This document shows, piece after piece, positions 13,077-27,799 of a stretch of 64,000 bases of DNA. The position numbers and the translations under genes were made by a program. Every line of letters begins with the position of its first letter. Positions within the stretch are counted from its first letter, which is position 1. The DNA is from Lama glama (Eukaryota), in contig CM052817.1 of assembly GCA_028534125.1 (NCBI GenBank), forward strand, positions 94,800,001-94,864,000, written 5' to 3'. The notes below the pieces were generated by a model. The model was not told the origin of the DNA. It worked only from the letters and a program-made list of their open reading frames with translations, and did no database searches.

Positions 13077-13882
13077 TAAAAAAAAAATGAAGCATAGCTG
13101 CTGTACAATATTATAGAAGTTACAGGTGGACAATATAGTGATTCACAATGTTCAAAGGTTATACTCCATTTATAGTTATTATAAAATACTGGCTATATTC
13201 CCTGTGTTGTACAGTAAATCCTTACAGCTTATTTTATACCTGATGGTTTGTACCTCTTAATCCCCTGTGCCTATATTGCCCCTCCCCCCTCTCCTCTTCC
13301 CACTGGCAACGACTAGTTTGTTCTCTATATCTGTGAGTCTGCTTTTTTGTTATATTTACTAATCTGTTGTATTTTTTAGATTCCACATATAAGTGATATA
13401 CAGGATTTGCGTTTCTCTGTCTGACTTATTTTACTTAGCATAGGCCTCCAGGTCCATTCATGTTGCTGCAAATGGCAAAATTTCATTCTTTTCTATGGCT
13501 GAGTAATATTCCATTGTGCATATATATACCACATCTTCTTTATCTATCATCTGTTGATAGACATTTGAGTTGCTTCCAAATCTTGGCAATTGTAAATAAT
13601 GCTGCTAAGAACATTGGGGTATATGTATCTTTTCGAATTAGTGTTTTTGTTTTTTTCAGATACATACCCAGGAGTGGAAATGCTGGGTCATATGGTAATT
13701 CTGTTTATAGTTTTTTGAGAAAAATTCCATACTGTTTTCTACAGTGGCCACACCAATTTACATTCCCACCAACAGTGTTGGAGGGCTCCCTTTTCTTCAC
13801 ATCCTCACCAACATTTGTGTTCTTTTTGATAATAGCCCTTCTGACAGGTGTGAGGTGACATCTCATGGTGGTTTGGATTTGC
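13077..13882 (-). mobile_element. LINE-1 3' fragment
   Basis: Reverse-strand L1 ORF2 end and 3' UTR: catgttgctgcaaatggc, ggctgagtaatattccattg, ccaatttacattcccaccaacagtg. Confidence 0.92.
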
Positions 13883-14169
13883 AACTAATGCAGCGATACT
13901 TGACCTACGTTCATCTGCTCGACCTTGCCCGGCCGTCCCTTCCACAGCTAGCACATGTGTACTCATTAGAAACTGCTGACGGAAGTAAAAGCCAAGTCCG
14001 TCTGTGGCACCCATCAAACCTGATTAGCCCAGAAAGCGAGCCCATGATCCCATCATCCTAGTGTTCCAGCCACCAGGACACTTGAGGGCGGTTATTTCAT
14101 GCTGGTAGTGGTGACTTCTCATCATCAAGGTCTTCCACTTCTTATATATGTTTCACCATTTTTCTAAAA

Positions 14170-14340
14170 GGAAGTGTGAAGGCTAGAGCCACACAATCTG
14201 GATTAGACACAGCTCTGCCACAAATTAAACATGCCACGCTGGGCAAGTCCCAAAACTTCCCTGACTCTCAAAGGTCTTATGTGTAAAATGGAATAACAGT
14301 ACTGCTTTCCAGGTTGTTGGCAGGATTAAATGAGTTGATA
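14170..14340 (+). mobile_element. MIR SINE
   Basis: cagctctgccac...gggcaagtc...gtaaaatggaataacagtac...ggattaaatgag. Confidence 0.65.
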
Positions 14341-17300
14341 GCTTTATCCCATCATCACTCCCCTTTTGCCAGCAGGATAAAATCCTAATCCCTTAACACA
14401 TAATTTAAAAACCCTTCAGTTGCGCTCTGGTCTCATCCCTCACCGACCCCGGCTTAAAGTCTGTCCATCAGCCACAATGAACTTCTCTCCTTTGTTTAGG
14501 TAATTACTGAAGTCAGATTTGACATCAGTTCTTTCAACAAGCTTTCTCTGACATCACCTCGCTCAGCCAAATCTATATAAAGAACACTAGGTACTTTACA
14601 TGTGAAAGAAATCACTCACTTACTTAAATATTTAAGTACCCAGTTACTGCTCTGGTTTCTGGATAGAGAGTGAACAAGAGGCACAGGTCCCTGCTATCAT
14701 TCTAGTTGGGGAAACAAGAAAATAAATACACTAAAGAACTCAGCTAAATAGTAGACAGGAGAAAATCAGGTAGGACAGGACAATCTTTAATCCAAAACCA
14801 TTGGGACTACAAATATTTCAAAATTAAGGATTTTTTTAACTTGGAAAGTAGTACAGTGTTACGTGTTAAACCAACAGGGTCTGAGTCAGTACCCCATAGT
14901 CAAACACATTCATGTGACCATAATCAAATATATAAATGTTCACGGTAAATTGAATAAAGATTACAGTACTCATTAGTTTGCACTCAAATTAAGAGGAATA
15001 TTCTTTTAGTTTTCAGAGGTGTTTGGATCCAGGAACTGTACTAAATGAGGAGGATGGGATGGAGAGAGGCTTGTGAGGGAAGAGGGTCTTGAGACAGTGA
15101 TTCAAGGATTCTCTTGGGAGATGACGTTGATGCTGAGATAGGAAAAGTGTGTAGAAAGCTTACAAGTAACAGTCTGGGGAAAGAGCAGCCAGGGGCAACC
15201 TGGAGGAGCCTCTCAAGCAGTGACCCAAAGGATGAAGCTCTATTTTAATCCATCTGCAGACGTCTTTTCAAAACAGTTGGCCCAAAAAGCTCTTTTGAAT
15301 ACTCCCTCAATGCGGCTTCATTTACAAACACACATCCAAAAATGTTACCTGTACGTGTATAGCAATACTTTTCTTTATAGGTTAAGTGCACCAAATATGA
15401 TCTCAGCTGGATTTATGCAAAGAGTTCATTTATCCTTGTTCTACTTGACCAAGACTGAAAACTAAGACTGAAAGGGTCAGGAATCTTCCCTAAATCATCC
15501 AGTTAACAGAGAAAAGGGAGGGAATGAAGCCTGGTAGTGTGAAGCCCCTTCCTCTGACAATCCTTAGGGAAGCTTTTTAAAGTCCCTCCCAACAGTTCTC
15601 AGTTCAGAACGTCTCTCTTGTCACTGATGGTGTCTCTGCTGCCTACTAGCACCCACGAAGGAATGATTTACTCAGGAAGAGCTGCTGGTGATGTCAAGGC
15701 CTGACAGAGTGTGTAAAGGGGAATAATTTAGGTGAAAAAGAACACGGGCCAAACCCTAACAGTGGCCAGAATTAACTGGTGAGTGAGAGAGTCGGACGTA
15801 GTCATCAAACTCCTGAACTGAAAGAAACCATGAGAGCATCTAGTTCTCTCTCACCTGACAAGTGGTGAAAATGAGGCTTAGAGAAGAGAACTGGCTTAAA
15901 CTTTATTCCAGAGTGAGCTCAGAGCTGAGCTGGTATCAGAGTCCTGGGGTTGGGACATCCAGAGCCCCCATCATCCCACTGTGTCTCACTGCCCGCACTT
16001 CCCCCTTCACACCCCTCTACCCTCTGGTGGTGGGGGGAAGGAAGTGGAAATTTGGGGGCAGGGTGCTGGCACAGGCTGGAAGTTTGAGGTGGAAAAGAAA
16101 GGAATGGCCCTAACATGTGTTTCAAGTTTCTGCATACCGAATACATTCCCGAGTGATATATGAGGAAATCCTATCTCCTGGTCATCAGTGCTTTGTTCTT
16201 CATTTGTGGCTGAATTCTGGTCCCCACCCCTAAGAGGGAGAGATGGTCTTACTTATCTATTTTCCACTTTCCGATTATCTTAAAAATCTATTTTTAATTT
16301 GCAAAGTCTCTCCACTCCCAATGATGTCCTTGCCCCAAAATCAAATGTTTGAAGGTGAGAGCAGATGGCCATACTTGAAGACAGCACAGTTAGAATTACT
16401 CCAAGCTTTGTTTTAGAGTCTCCTAATCTCTTTAGTCTACTCTTTTATAAAAGGAAATGCACATACACCATAAGAAGCCACATCTTACAGTTGTAAAGTC
16501 ACCATTAAGTTGTCTGAAATAAAGAAGTATTCCTTGAAGCACTTTTGAAAATAATTTCTCACAAGAAAAAAAAAAAAACTTCCTATGGAGAAGTGGCAGT
16601 TGAGTAAACATTTCATGTGAGCAGGTGGAAGCAAAAACGTTATCCTGTCAAAGGTTCACAGACACCCAATACTCAAACCAGAAAACTGGACTGCAGCATG
16701 AAAATGACACAACTGCATTTTACTGTGCCTGAGATCTTAAAGTTAACCTGCCTGTGACTTTTTTTTTTTATTATGATCTTATAGCCTTCCTTTTCTACCC
16801 ATAGAGCTGAAAAATAAAGCCTGTGAAAATTCAGAAAATTCTTGGCTCTGTCTGCTTTGAATGTTTTCAAAAATAAAGCTATTTTTCAGAACGTTCATTA
16901 TTTTGACCACAAAATCTTTCTAAAAAAATCTTCTGTCTGCCTGGATCTAGTCTGATTGAGCTACCAAGGCCCTTCTGGAATATTTTTAAATTGAATTTGA
17001 AAATTTTGTGCAAATGATCTTTATAGATGAATGGTTTTCATTGGATTGACTTGTCAACATTTGACAGCAATTACTTTTCAGGTGAGAGCCTTACTGAGGC
17101 CTAGGTTTCACCTTCCCTCTAAATACACTTCTTATACTAGTTTATTGTCATTCCTAAAACACATATAATTCTTAATTTTGAGATACTGTTTTTATAATAA
17201 TAATTATGGCCCCATTATTTGAATTTTGCTCAGTATGACAAAAGGCAAGATTTGGAGGCACACTTACTAAAATGCTCTAAATTATAAAGTCAACAATATG

Positions 17301-17609
17301 ATTTTCAACACAGAGAAACATTTAGAATTATCAAATACAGGAGCTGGGTATATACTTAAGCTTTTGTTTGATACTTTGCATAATTATGCTAAAAAAAAAT
17401 CTTACTTTTACAGACTATTGAAAGACATAGGGGGAGCTAATGGTATGACGTTTAATGAAAAGATCAGGACAGCTTCTTGGTGCTTTTGGTTCTTGACAAA
17501 CTCTTCCCACTGTCCTCCACCTTCCATCCTGAACAAAGTAGTAAGGGTCAAGGTGCTTACCAAGCTTTATACATTTCCACACCACTTATTGTTTTGTGTT
17601 TTCCTTTAA

Positions 17610-19860
17610 TGTTACAAAACTAACAATAGAAGAGAACTTCCTTAACTTGGTAAAATAGAGTATCACTCAGTCATAAAAAAGAAGGAAATCCTGCCTTTTG
17701 TGACAACGTGGATGGAACCTGAGGGCATTAAGCTAAATAAAATAAGTCAGATGGAGAAAGGCAAATACTGTATGTTGTCACTTACATGTGGAATCTAAAA
17801 ACATCAAATTCAGAAACTGAGAGTAGAATGGTGGACACCAGGGGCTGGGGTAGAGGGAGACATTGGTCAAATAATACAAACTTCCACCTCTAAGATGAAT
17901 AATTTCTAGCTCTAAATATGTGCATGTGGAGAGTGAAACTCCACAAGGTCAGGCAAAAACAAGTTCTAGGTAAAGAACAAAGTACTTGAGAATTGTAAGC
18001 CAAACAATTCCCAGAATTTGCACATGGTTTGGAATTGTTCAAGTTCCCTCCAGTTAGAATGGAGAAACCTTACTAAGCACAGACTATAGACGGATCACAA
18101 TACAGCAGTAGGGCTAAATTTTTCCTAGAGTAAAGGCTACTCTAGATTTCTGCTTTAAAAACTTTATTAAAAAGCCTCAGAGAGGTCAGTCTGATCTGGA
18201 GGTAACTTAACCACAACACATAACATAATCCAAGAGTCTTTGAAGTAAGATAACAAAATCCAGAACTCAACAAAGTAAAACTCACAATTATTAGATAGAT
18301 GAAGATGCAAGAAAATGTGACCCATAATAATAAGAAAAATATCACACAACAGAAGTAGACCCAGAAAGGACTATTTGGTGGAATTAACAAAGATTTTAAA
18401 ATGGATTTTGTAACTATGCTGACTTTGCCCAAAGTCTTAAACAAAAAATAAACATAATGATGAGATACATGAAAAATATAAAATAAAACCAAACAGAAAT
18501 TTTGAAGATGTAAAATATATGTGAAAAAATAGTTTCCACTAAATTTAGTCAACAGCATTTTAGATACAATAGAAGAAAACATTAGTGATCCTGAAGACTT
18601 ATCATTAGAAACTATCCATAATAAGTCACAAAAGGCAAAAGAGACTGAAAAAAAGACAGCCTCAGAGACTGGTGGATAATAGCAAGCAGTATCATATATA
18701 TGTAATTGAAATACTTGAAGAAATAATGGCAAAAGTTTTCAAATTTTAATGACAACTATAAGCTTAAAGATCCAAGAGACTCAACAAAACTCAGGTAGAA
18801 TCAATATAAATGAAAGCATATGAAGAAATATCACAACAAAATTTCTAACATCCAGTGATAATTCAAAACTTTATAAGCAACAAAAGAAAAAAATTATGCT
18901 TAGAGGAACAAAAATAAAGATGACATATCTCTCTAAATAAGCTTGCTTTCACATAAAAAAATTACATAGACTTCTTGTCTGAAACTATGCCAGACAGAAA
19001 ATAATGAAACAATATCTTTTAAGTGCTGGAGGGAAATATTATCAATTTAGGTTATTCAATCTACCAAAACAGCCTTCAAAACTAAAGATGTAATAAATTT
19101 TCTTAGATAACCAAAAGCTGAGGGAATTTAACATCAGCAGAAATACACTATAAAGAATGTTAGAGAATATTCTTCAGGCAAAAAAGAGAGAGAGAGAGAG
19201 GTATCTGATGAGATACCTGATATAAACCTGCATCTACACAGAGGAATGAAAAAATACCAAAAACAATAAAAATATAGGGAAATACAGTACAATACAATAC
19301 ACTCATTTTAAAATTACTTAAAAGAAAACTGATGGTTTAAAACAAAAATAATACAAATGTATTCTGCAGTTTATAACACATGCAGAAGTAAAATATTGAA
19401 AAGGTTTTATATTGTACATACAGTGATATAATTTGAATGTAAACTGTGATAAGATAAAGATCCATATGGTAAACTCTAGCAATAGTAATAAAGTTAAAAG
19501 GCAGTGAAAATAAGATAATAGTAATTATAAAACAGTACATTTTAAAATACTCAATCCAAAAGATTTCAGGAAATGAAAAAAAAAAGAGAGAGATGAGGAG
19601 AGCAAATAAAATGATGGCTGATTTAAATTCAGCTATACTGATAATTATATTAAATATAAATAAATAATCTTAAAATATTTAAAATATTTAAAACTCCAAT
19701 TAAAATGCAATGCAGAGATTGTCAGATTAGATAACAAAATAAGATCCAATTTTGTAAGCCAGCTACAAAAAATGCCCTTTAAATATAATGATACAGATGA
19801 GTTAAAAGTAAAAGAATGGAAAAGACATATATACTTATACAAAAGCAACATAAGAAAACT
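17610..19860 (+). mobile_element. Old LINE-1 (L1M) composite: a 3' fragment followed by degraded 5'/ORF1/ORF2-start sequence
   Basis: ORF2-tail motif aaggaaatcctgccttttgtgacaacgtggatggaac at about 17680, followed by A-rich ORF1-like and endonuclease-start-like sequence. Confidence 0.75.
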
Positions 19861-19869
19861 TTAATGGAC

Positions 19870-20275
19870 CAGAAACACTCCCACCTTAGGGCCTTTGCAC
19901 TGAGTGGTCCCTTCCCCTGGTGCACTCTTCTCACACATATCCACAGGACTGACTCCCTCACCTCCTTCACATTATCACTCAAAGGTCATCATCTTAATGA
20001 AGCCTACCCAGAGCCCTACTATTTCAGACTGCCACTCAAATCACCCACCCTTTCAGCACTCTACATCACCCTTTATCCTTCTCTGTTATTCCTTCTGTTC
20101 CAGGCTCTACTGCCTTCAAAGTATATAATTTATCAGGCTTACTCATTACTGCCTGTCTCTCTCCCATTAGAATGTAAGCTCTTTAAGAGCTGGGATCTTT
20201 GTTTATTCCTCCCTGTATCCAGAGAGCTTAGAATAGTACCTGGCACCTAGTTGATATTCAGTGTACATTAGTTGT
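19870..20275 (+). mobile_element. LINE-2 3' fragment
   Basis: gggcctttgcact...ttagaatgtaagctc...gaatagtacctggcacctag. Confidence 0.75.
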
Positions 20276-20599
20276 GGAGTTATCTTAGATCACTAGATAA
20301 GATTGTGGCTGACCCTTTTGATTTCAGGTCTCTTGATTCCTTATCTTGTGCTTTTTCTAGCTGCCTTGTTATAAGCTGATTGTGTGATGGGACATTTCAA
20401 GAAACACTCATTGAAACTGGGTCTTCATTAACTGAAGTATGATGTACTGTACAAGTAAAGTGATTATTCTACTATACCCTGTGACTATGATTGGACTTAG
20501 ATTGGATATAGTCTCAGAGGACCAGGCTGGGGAATATCACTAAAGTTAAAGTAAATCAGATTACAGCTCAGTATAAAACAAAACTATCTAGTAATGACA

Positions 20600-21245
20600 C
20601 ACAAGGCACGTTCTTGCTTTAGAGTCTTGGCACTGTTTTCACTTATCCCCGAATTGCTGTTCCCCCAAACATCTCCCTGGGTAACCCCCACGTAAACTAC
20701 TTCAGTAAATCTTTGAGCAAATGTTACTTTCTTGTTGAGACCTATTCTGACCATCCAATTTAAGATTCACCACTCACATTCCCACTACCCTCATGCTCTT
20801 GTTCCTCTTTACCTGCCATGTGTATGTTTTTTCCTTTTTCCATAGCACTTATCACCTTCCAGTATACCATATGATTTCCTATTTTTATTATGTATTGTTG
20901 GTTTTCTGTTTCTTCTCTTTAAAATCGAAGCTACACAAAGACAAGGATCTTTTCTATTTTGTTTTGTTCATCTGCAAACACCTAGACAATGTCCACTATA
21001 TGATGGGCACTCAAATTTACTGAATGATGAATAAGATGAATGTAGATTTGTTCACTTAGCCTTAACTCTTCCTGTCTCTTGACACATACAAGCTGTAGGA
21101 ATTCACACAAGTTAATTATCTTTCTGAATAAAATGGGGATAGTTGCACTTAATTCACTGGGTTTTGTAAAATAAATGGGATTATATATTGAAAGTATTTA
21201 GCACACTGTCTGGCATAGAGTAAAAATGGACAATTAGCTACTAAC
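20600..21245 (+). mobile_element. LINE-2 3' fragment followed by a MIR fragment
   Basis: L2 end gggcactcaaatttactgaatgatgaa, then MIR-like taaaatggggatagt...tttagcacactgtctggcatagag. Confidence 0.65.
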
Positions 21246-24200
21246 ATTAAAAAACATCACCAAATTTGAACCCTGATTTAGAAGAGTGCCAGATTCCATA
21301 CAGGACAAAACATCTGTAGATCTCTCTCCTGAACTGTAACTGAGAGCTCAGAGCCTCAGAATTGTGAAAGATTATTTTCCCCAAATGTATTACCATGCTA
21401 CAACTTCCTGAATTTTACAATGTTCCAGCTTGCCACTTCTTCTCTAAAAGAATTTGTGTCATGTGCAAATTTGGAGATTTCATCATTCATTTATTTTTCT
21501 TCCAGATCATTAAAAGAAAAAAATCTTAAATAAGCCATCCCAACACTAATTCTTAGGATCTGATTATTTGCACTTACCTTTATAGAAAAGAAATCATTTA
21601 TTTACTTCTTCTTGTTCAATCACAGACAAACTTGAAATTCAGTCCTGCCAAGGACTGTCCCCAACTTCCGGCCTTTCTGAGGAAAGGAGCAGGTTTGGGA
21701 CAAGAGTCCAAACTTATCTCTGCTTCACCATTCACAAGCCTGAGCTTCCTAAGGGTAACAGGAGCCGTAGATTTCAGCCTCCTGGAGTAGTTAATAAGCT
21801 TGGAAAACACTCTAAGAACTTGAATTAGGTACTAGACATGCAGTGCTCTAGAAAACACTAATGCGATAGAACATACTTTGGCAACAGTTATAGAAAGAGT
21901 AAGTGTAAAAATGGCATGCTCTGAATTGACGATACGAATGCTAAAGGAATGCAGAATAAAGGAGCAAAAGAAAACAAGAACTACAAGGAAGGATCAGGCA
22001 CCTTCCGTTCTGCAAAGGTAGCTGCACAGGCCTTGAATGCTCCTCCTTTTTCCGTCAAGATACCAACACAAGATCGTGCAATCCAAAAGAGACAACTTAC
22101 TGAAATGAGACAGACATTTATTATGGAGGCCAATGGTAATGGGGCCGCTTCAAGGACTGAAACTAGTAATTGGAAAGCTTTCAGAAGCCAAGAAAGTGCT
22201 TGACTTCTCAGTCTCTCCTCTCTTTTCACAGACTTGTTACTCTTCCCTCCACGCCTACTTGCTGTCACTGCTTCTCCGTATGCAAAAGACGGCTGCCCCG
22301 AGTGCCCTCGTTTACATCGTCTCACTTCCAGCCACTGCGGAGATTGACACGCTCCTGTGATGGAAAATTGAACTGATCCAGTGTGAGTTGGGTCTATTCC
22401 TCTTCCTTCCCTTCCCCTCCCCTCATCCGTCTCTTCCAGTCAACTGTGGTCCAGTCAAACACGGCTAACTTGAGGAGGATGGCCGTGCACTTCCGTGGGT
22501 ATGTGATGGTGTTGACTTCTGAGGGATTAGGGCCTCTGTGAGCTGTACAATTATTCGAAGTCTTCTGTTCCTCCATCGTCACCCCAAACCTGTAGGACTC
22601 TGTGGTCCTTTGAACACTTTCCCAATGAGCTCTCGGAGTGCCTCATCATGGGATGGAAGGATGACTGCTTTCAATTGCTGAGTGAGGATTTCTATAGCTC
22701 CTTTTTCCGGATTCTTAGCTATCCTCTGTCTGTATCAGAGCTGGGTCTTGATCACATCCTGAACCTCCTGCCTCAAGTTCTGGCATTGAAGGAGGCTGGC
22801 ACTATTTCTCTTTCCTCTGGCTTGTAAAGAAAGTTTCAGGGAAAAAGAGATAGGGGTTATAAACAGTCACTGAGTGTATAAAAAGAATCAGACACGGTCA
22901 GTCTCCTTCATTAGTAGAAGGGAAGACAAAAAGAACCAGATTGCAAAACAGTGTAAGAAGCATGATCATGGTGGGAAAAATGACAACACAAAAGAGGAAA
23001 GCACCAAAGCATGCTAAAACTTTTATTTAAAAAGCCATTATTATTAGAAAGTAGCAAAGGGAAAGCAGTAGTTGTTGGCATTTTGTGGATAAAATATTGA
23101 AAAGTTCAAACGAGCAAAATTAAACATAATTAAATAAAATGGCTTCCTCAGAATGTGACTTCTGACTGCAAGACTGAATTTTCTCCTTGCATATTACAGA
23201 AAACAAAGAAGACTTAGCCTTGGTAGACCACATGAGTGTTAGTATCCTTTCCGAATTTTAAATTGATAGATGATTTTTGGTTCGTTTGACTAAGAAGTTC
23301 AAGGATCTTCATCCTTTGAATGAGTTAAGTGCAAATTAACCAGAAATACTCTTGCTTGACAATAATTTCGTCTTGCCAGGGTGTTACTAATTTAAACAAG
23401 ATGACCTACTTTGCGCATGACATTCTTGCATTACTAGAAGATTCCTGGCTAATAGCAGCATAATTTCCAAAGGATGGTCCAGAAGACACACACATAGTAG
23501 TGACATTATCATAGCGGGCCTCACAGCCATTTCTCACCAAGACCATCCTGGCACCTCCACCCCTTCATTCAGAAGATAGCCTCTGGCAGGGAAAAAAAAA
23601 AGTTATGGAGTTGAGGGAGTATTTGGAATAAACTGTAAAAAACTGAACATCTATGTTGCTTGGAATCCCCACTTTTTCTTTGTAGTTTTACCAGAAGTCT
23701 TAATTTATTGTATTATCTTTGCTTTTATGTTGTCTTGGGTGAGACTCATTTCCATCTTTCCCTTTGAGTCATGTGGAATGGCTACTAATTGGGAAGTATG
23801 ACAACACAGGATTGAGTCATACAGCCAAGGGAGGAAAAAGCTGCAGCTGATTAACATTTCTCCAGATGCGACAGCAGAGTTAAATAAATGAGAAGTGCAG
23901 ATCCTTTCTTCACAGCAATGGTGAGGTTCAACAGAGAAAATCAGTGCACATCTATGTACCGAGTGTTTATCATGTGTGCTACATGGTAGGGGGTATAAAA
24001 TAGCTTCCTGTCTTCAAGAAATTGGCCAACCAGCTCCAAAGACAAGACATTGACATAAAGAAAAAAAAAACAAAAGAAAAAAACCTTGGTTAGGTTCACC
24101 AATGTGTAATAAGGAAAGAATTTATTGAAGGGATAATAGAGATTTAAGTTTGTATGATACATCAATACACAAAGTTTTTGCTTATGTCATCTCATTTAAT

Positions 24201-27200
24201 CCTGACAATCAATCTGAAAAAACTGGTCTTGTTAGCTCTCATTTACAGATGAGGGTCCAACAGCTCAGTAAGTTCAAATGTCATTTTCTCATAGTTGCAG
24301 TAATGAGGCAGCCCCCCTGATATTTTTGCTCTTACAAGGTATCACGGAGTGTTTAGACAGAGTCAAGATACTGGGAATTAGATACTTATACTGAAGGCCA
24401 GATGAGGCTATGGGCTGGCATGGTCTCCCTTGATGCGTGTGGGCATTGCCAGAGTTAAGTAACTGAGAAAGAAGCAGGTCCCCAGACAATAACCCAGAGC
24501 TCTGGCTTTTGGCACACAGGAATAGGAATTTTTATCCTTTGGGTCTCACTGTCTTGATCTTATCCTTCAAGGAAGACAGAGACTCCTGATAACCGGTGTA
24601 GAGTGTGCCCATCACAAAGTGGCTGGTCAGGAGCTTGAATGGGACAGAGCCAATCAGACCGAGAGAGTGAACATTTCATAAGCCTTACCATCTCACTTCA
24701 TGTTCTTCTCTGAGTTTGTTTGTTTCCCCCCTTTTTTAACTTTAACCCTTCCCCAACCCCAATCTTCAACATCTCATCCAAATTTGGTGTTCCTCTTTCA
24801 GTGGAATTACAGAGAACAGAGGAGTCATGTGTTCACATCTATGCCCGAGTCATTCATAGTGGTAAAAGTGGTGGCATCAAGTGAAGGTAAGTCTTAGCCA
24901 GTTTGATCTACCATTTTCAAAGTGAAAATCTCTTTCCATTAATAACTGTGGAGTGGTTGAGGTGATTCTATTATTGGGGAAGGCAGTGATTTTCTCACAG
25001 TCAGATAGGTTAGCAAGTAACAATGTAGGACTATCAATCTTCAGTCTTCTGCTCTTTAAAGTCATTGCTCTTTGCACTGCCACACCCAACTGAAGACAGA
25101 AGAGGGCCAACGTGGAACACTGCTTTTCATGAGGCAGGGACATAACTAATCAGTCAACACTCCTCAGGAAAATCAGTAGAGAATTCTTGATCCGTAGAAT
25201 GAAATCTATGCGGATGTAATAAGAGAAGTAAGAAAAGAATTAGAGTATCATGACCCTCCAGACACCCATGAAAGCAAATTTCAAGATGGCGCTAGCCAGA
25301 AGTGTTGAACGCTGAATAAACTCATGACTCTTATTTTCAAAGTGCTCTTAGGTCTCTTTTGTGTCTCTCAGTCCTATCTCCTCCACCAGACGATGACCTT
25401 GGAGTTGAAAACTCCCCATTACCCAACCACCACATCCATTGGTCACTTAGCACATAGTGTGACTATAGGGACCTTCTATAATTCACCTGCACACATCAAG
25501 TCTTTACTTCACAGCCACAGCTATATGAAATTCATAGTTTTAACTAAGACATCCAGTGCAGTTCCCTGTGCCCTCAGTCTATTCAAGGAGTCTTACAACT
25601 TCTGTGCTTGAAATGATGAATCTTTAAAGGAGAAAAGAAGAGAAATGTTTGCCTCCATCAGTACAACACTGGAAACTAAATTTTAAATGTGTCAGTGTTG
25701 TAACTGCTGAGCTGCTCTTTAACAAATGTGACAGGAACAGATATTTTTGCATAGTTTGAAGCCAATGATGAATACGACATTTTGGAGTGATTATGCGAGA
25801 TGTCACCTCACATTTGGAGAAATGTGTGAGGTTGAACCTACCTTAAATACACTAATAAAAATCAGAAGAGTTCACTCAAAGACATTTGTTTCCTATAGCT
25901 GGGCTGTAAGAAGCTCTGCTTTGCTTCTCCTGATGAAGACTACCTGAAAAATAAAATATAAAGCAAACCAAAAAATAGAGGAAAATGACCTATTCTGAAA
26001 GAAGGGTTTACGTTATACAGTTACAAGATGATTTTTTTTCTTGTGGCTCATAACCTGGTTCTGAGGGTAATTCCAAAAAAGTGAAGGAAGTGTCCGTAGA
26101 GGAAGTGTCTAGTTTTCCAAGGTGATTATTTGCCAGCTTGTTTTTACTGGTTTTGAGGTGACTGTTTAGAAAATTCATTTTGCTATTTAAAAGTTATACA
26201 TACCCATCATTCAGATAAAATATACTCCAATCTTCTTGGCTTCAAAGCAATACAGTTTTTAAAAAAATACCCAAAAAGTTACCCATTTTTATCTTGGGGT
26301 GTTAAGATACAGTGAGATTATCATGAGTTTTGTTTCTGTTGTGTCTTTTTCTATTGTCCACATTTTTTTTTTACATTGAGAATGTCTTTCTTTCATAATC
26401 AAAAAAAATTAAGAATTGTTTCCGAGACAAGCTTATTCACATTGTATACTGGAGGTGCAAGGTAGTACTATGATTCTTTCTGAGAAAAACCAAAATTTCC
26501 TTTCAGAGGAAAAAAAATAAGGTTTCTATAAAAATTCTAAAACCAGACTCTGGTTGGCACCCTATTGAGAGAATTTTCTTTGAATGACCTATGATTCAAA
26601 ACATTAATTCAGCATATTTCAATTTTCTCTGCTCTGGGTGGTGCATTAATTTCCTCTCATTGACTTCCAAGGCGTTCTGTGCGTGGACAAGCTATCCAGG
26701 GGATGGAATTAAACTTGACCCAGCAGGCACTCAGCATATTGTGTCATGGTTCTCTTCACTGTTTGCATAGCCCAGAATTCTTTTTGGCAAGAAAGCATTT
26801 GTTTATTAAATTTCCCTTAAAATGCCCATGGGTTTAAATTGAGGAGGACCTCATTTAGAAAAAAAGCATGCAGCAGGTTCTCATAACACAAAGCATTTGA
26901 GAAAATAGTCAGAAAGATTTTATCCATCCACTTACTTCTCTCATTCAGAGCAATGTTACTTCCAGCTTGGAACATGAGCAAGTCTTTTTTGTTTTTGTTT
27001 TTTTAAGGTTCTCTTCCAATGGGTATCCACTAAAAATTATTCTACATGCTTGTAATGTGATGACAAACCCAACTTTTTCACTGCCTTGAAGACTTTCCTC
27101 TTTATTCCTCTTGAAATTGACTCTGCTGGTTCAGATAACAATACAAAATCTGATTTAATAGTCATATATTGATGAATGAAAGTTAAAAGTTAGATTCTCC

Positions 27201-27799
27201 TGGGTTTCATAGTTTTCTCCCAGCTCCAGAAGGAACTATTATTAGGGAATCAGTGAGCATTATTTCTCTAAATATATGATTCAGTATTTTGCCCTCCAGT
27301 GTAGGATGTGTTATCAGTAGGACACAAGACATGAAAACCTGATTTGGCCAGTGGATACTAATTTAGGAGCAAAGCAAAAGTAAAACATGTATTTTCCCAT
27401 GTGGTTCTTGACTAGACAGCAGATGCGGAGCTTTACTTGATCGTGTGTTTTTAGGGTAGCTCACCTCCATTTTATCTTCATCCTGCACGTGGACATCGAC
27501 CTCCGGATACACAGCCAGCGTGGGATGGCGTCAGTTAAGAAAGTATTAGCATCGTTCATTATGTGCAAATTTCAAGCTTATCTCTCTTCACTAGATTTCT
27601 ATTCATAGATGGTTATCTAGATGTCAAGATCTGTATGCAAATGAATGAAGGAAATATATCCACTGTGGTACCATTTTCTTAAGAAAGCCTTCATAAAAGT
27701 TAAGAAGATAGAATTCCAAGGAATCATTCCTTTGGCTTGGTTGGAGTGCTCAAGGTTCTGATGTTTTGTTTTTGTTTTCTTAATTCACAGCATTATTGA

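Noticed and set aside
18142..18732. 196-aa hydrophobic minus-strand ORF
   Set aside because: Antisense of an A-rich decayed L1; T-rich strands give spurious hydrophobic ORFs.
22580..22760. Faint resemblance of KTQL*YRQR...EKGAIE to a bornavirus nucleoprotein C-terminus as recalled
   Set aside because: Only a few residues match and the similarity does not extend. It cannot be called an endogenous bornavirus element without a search.
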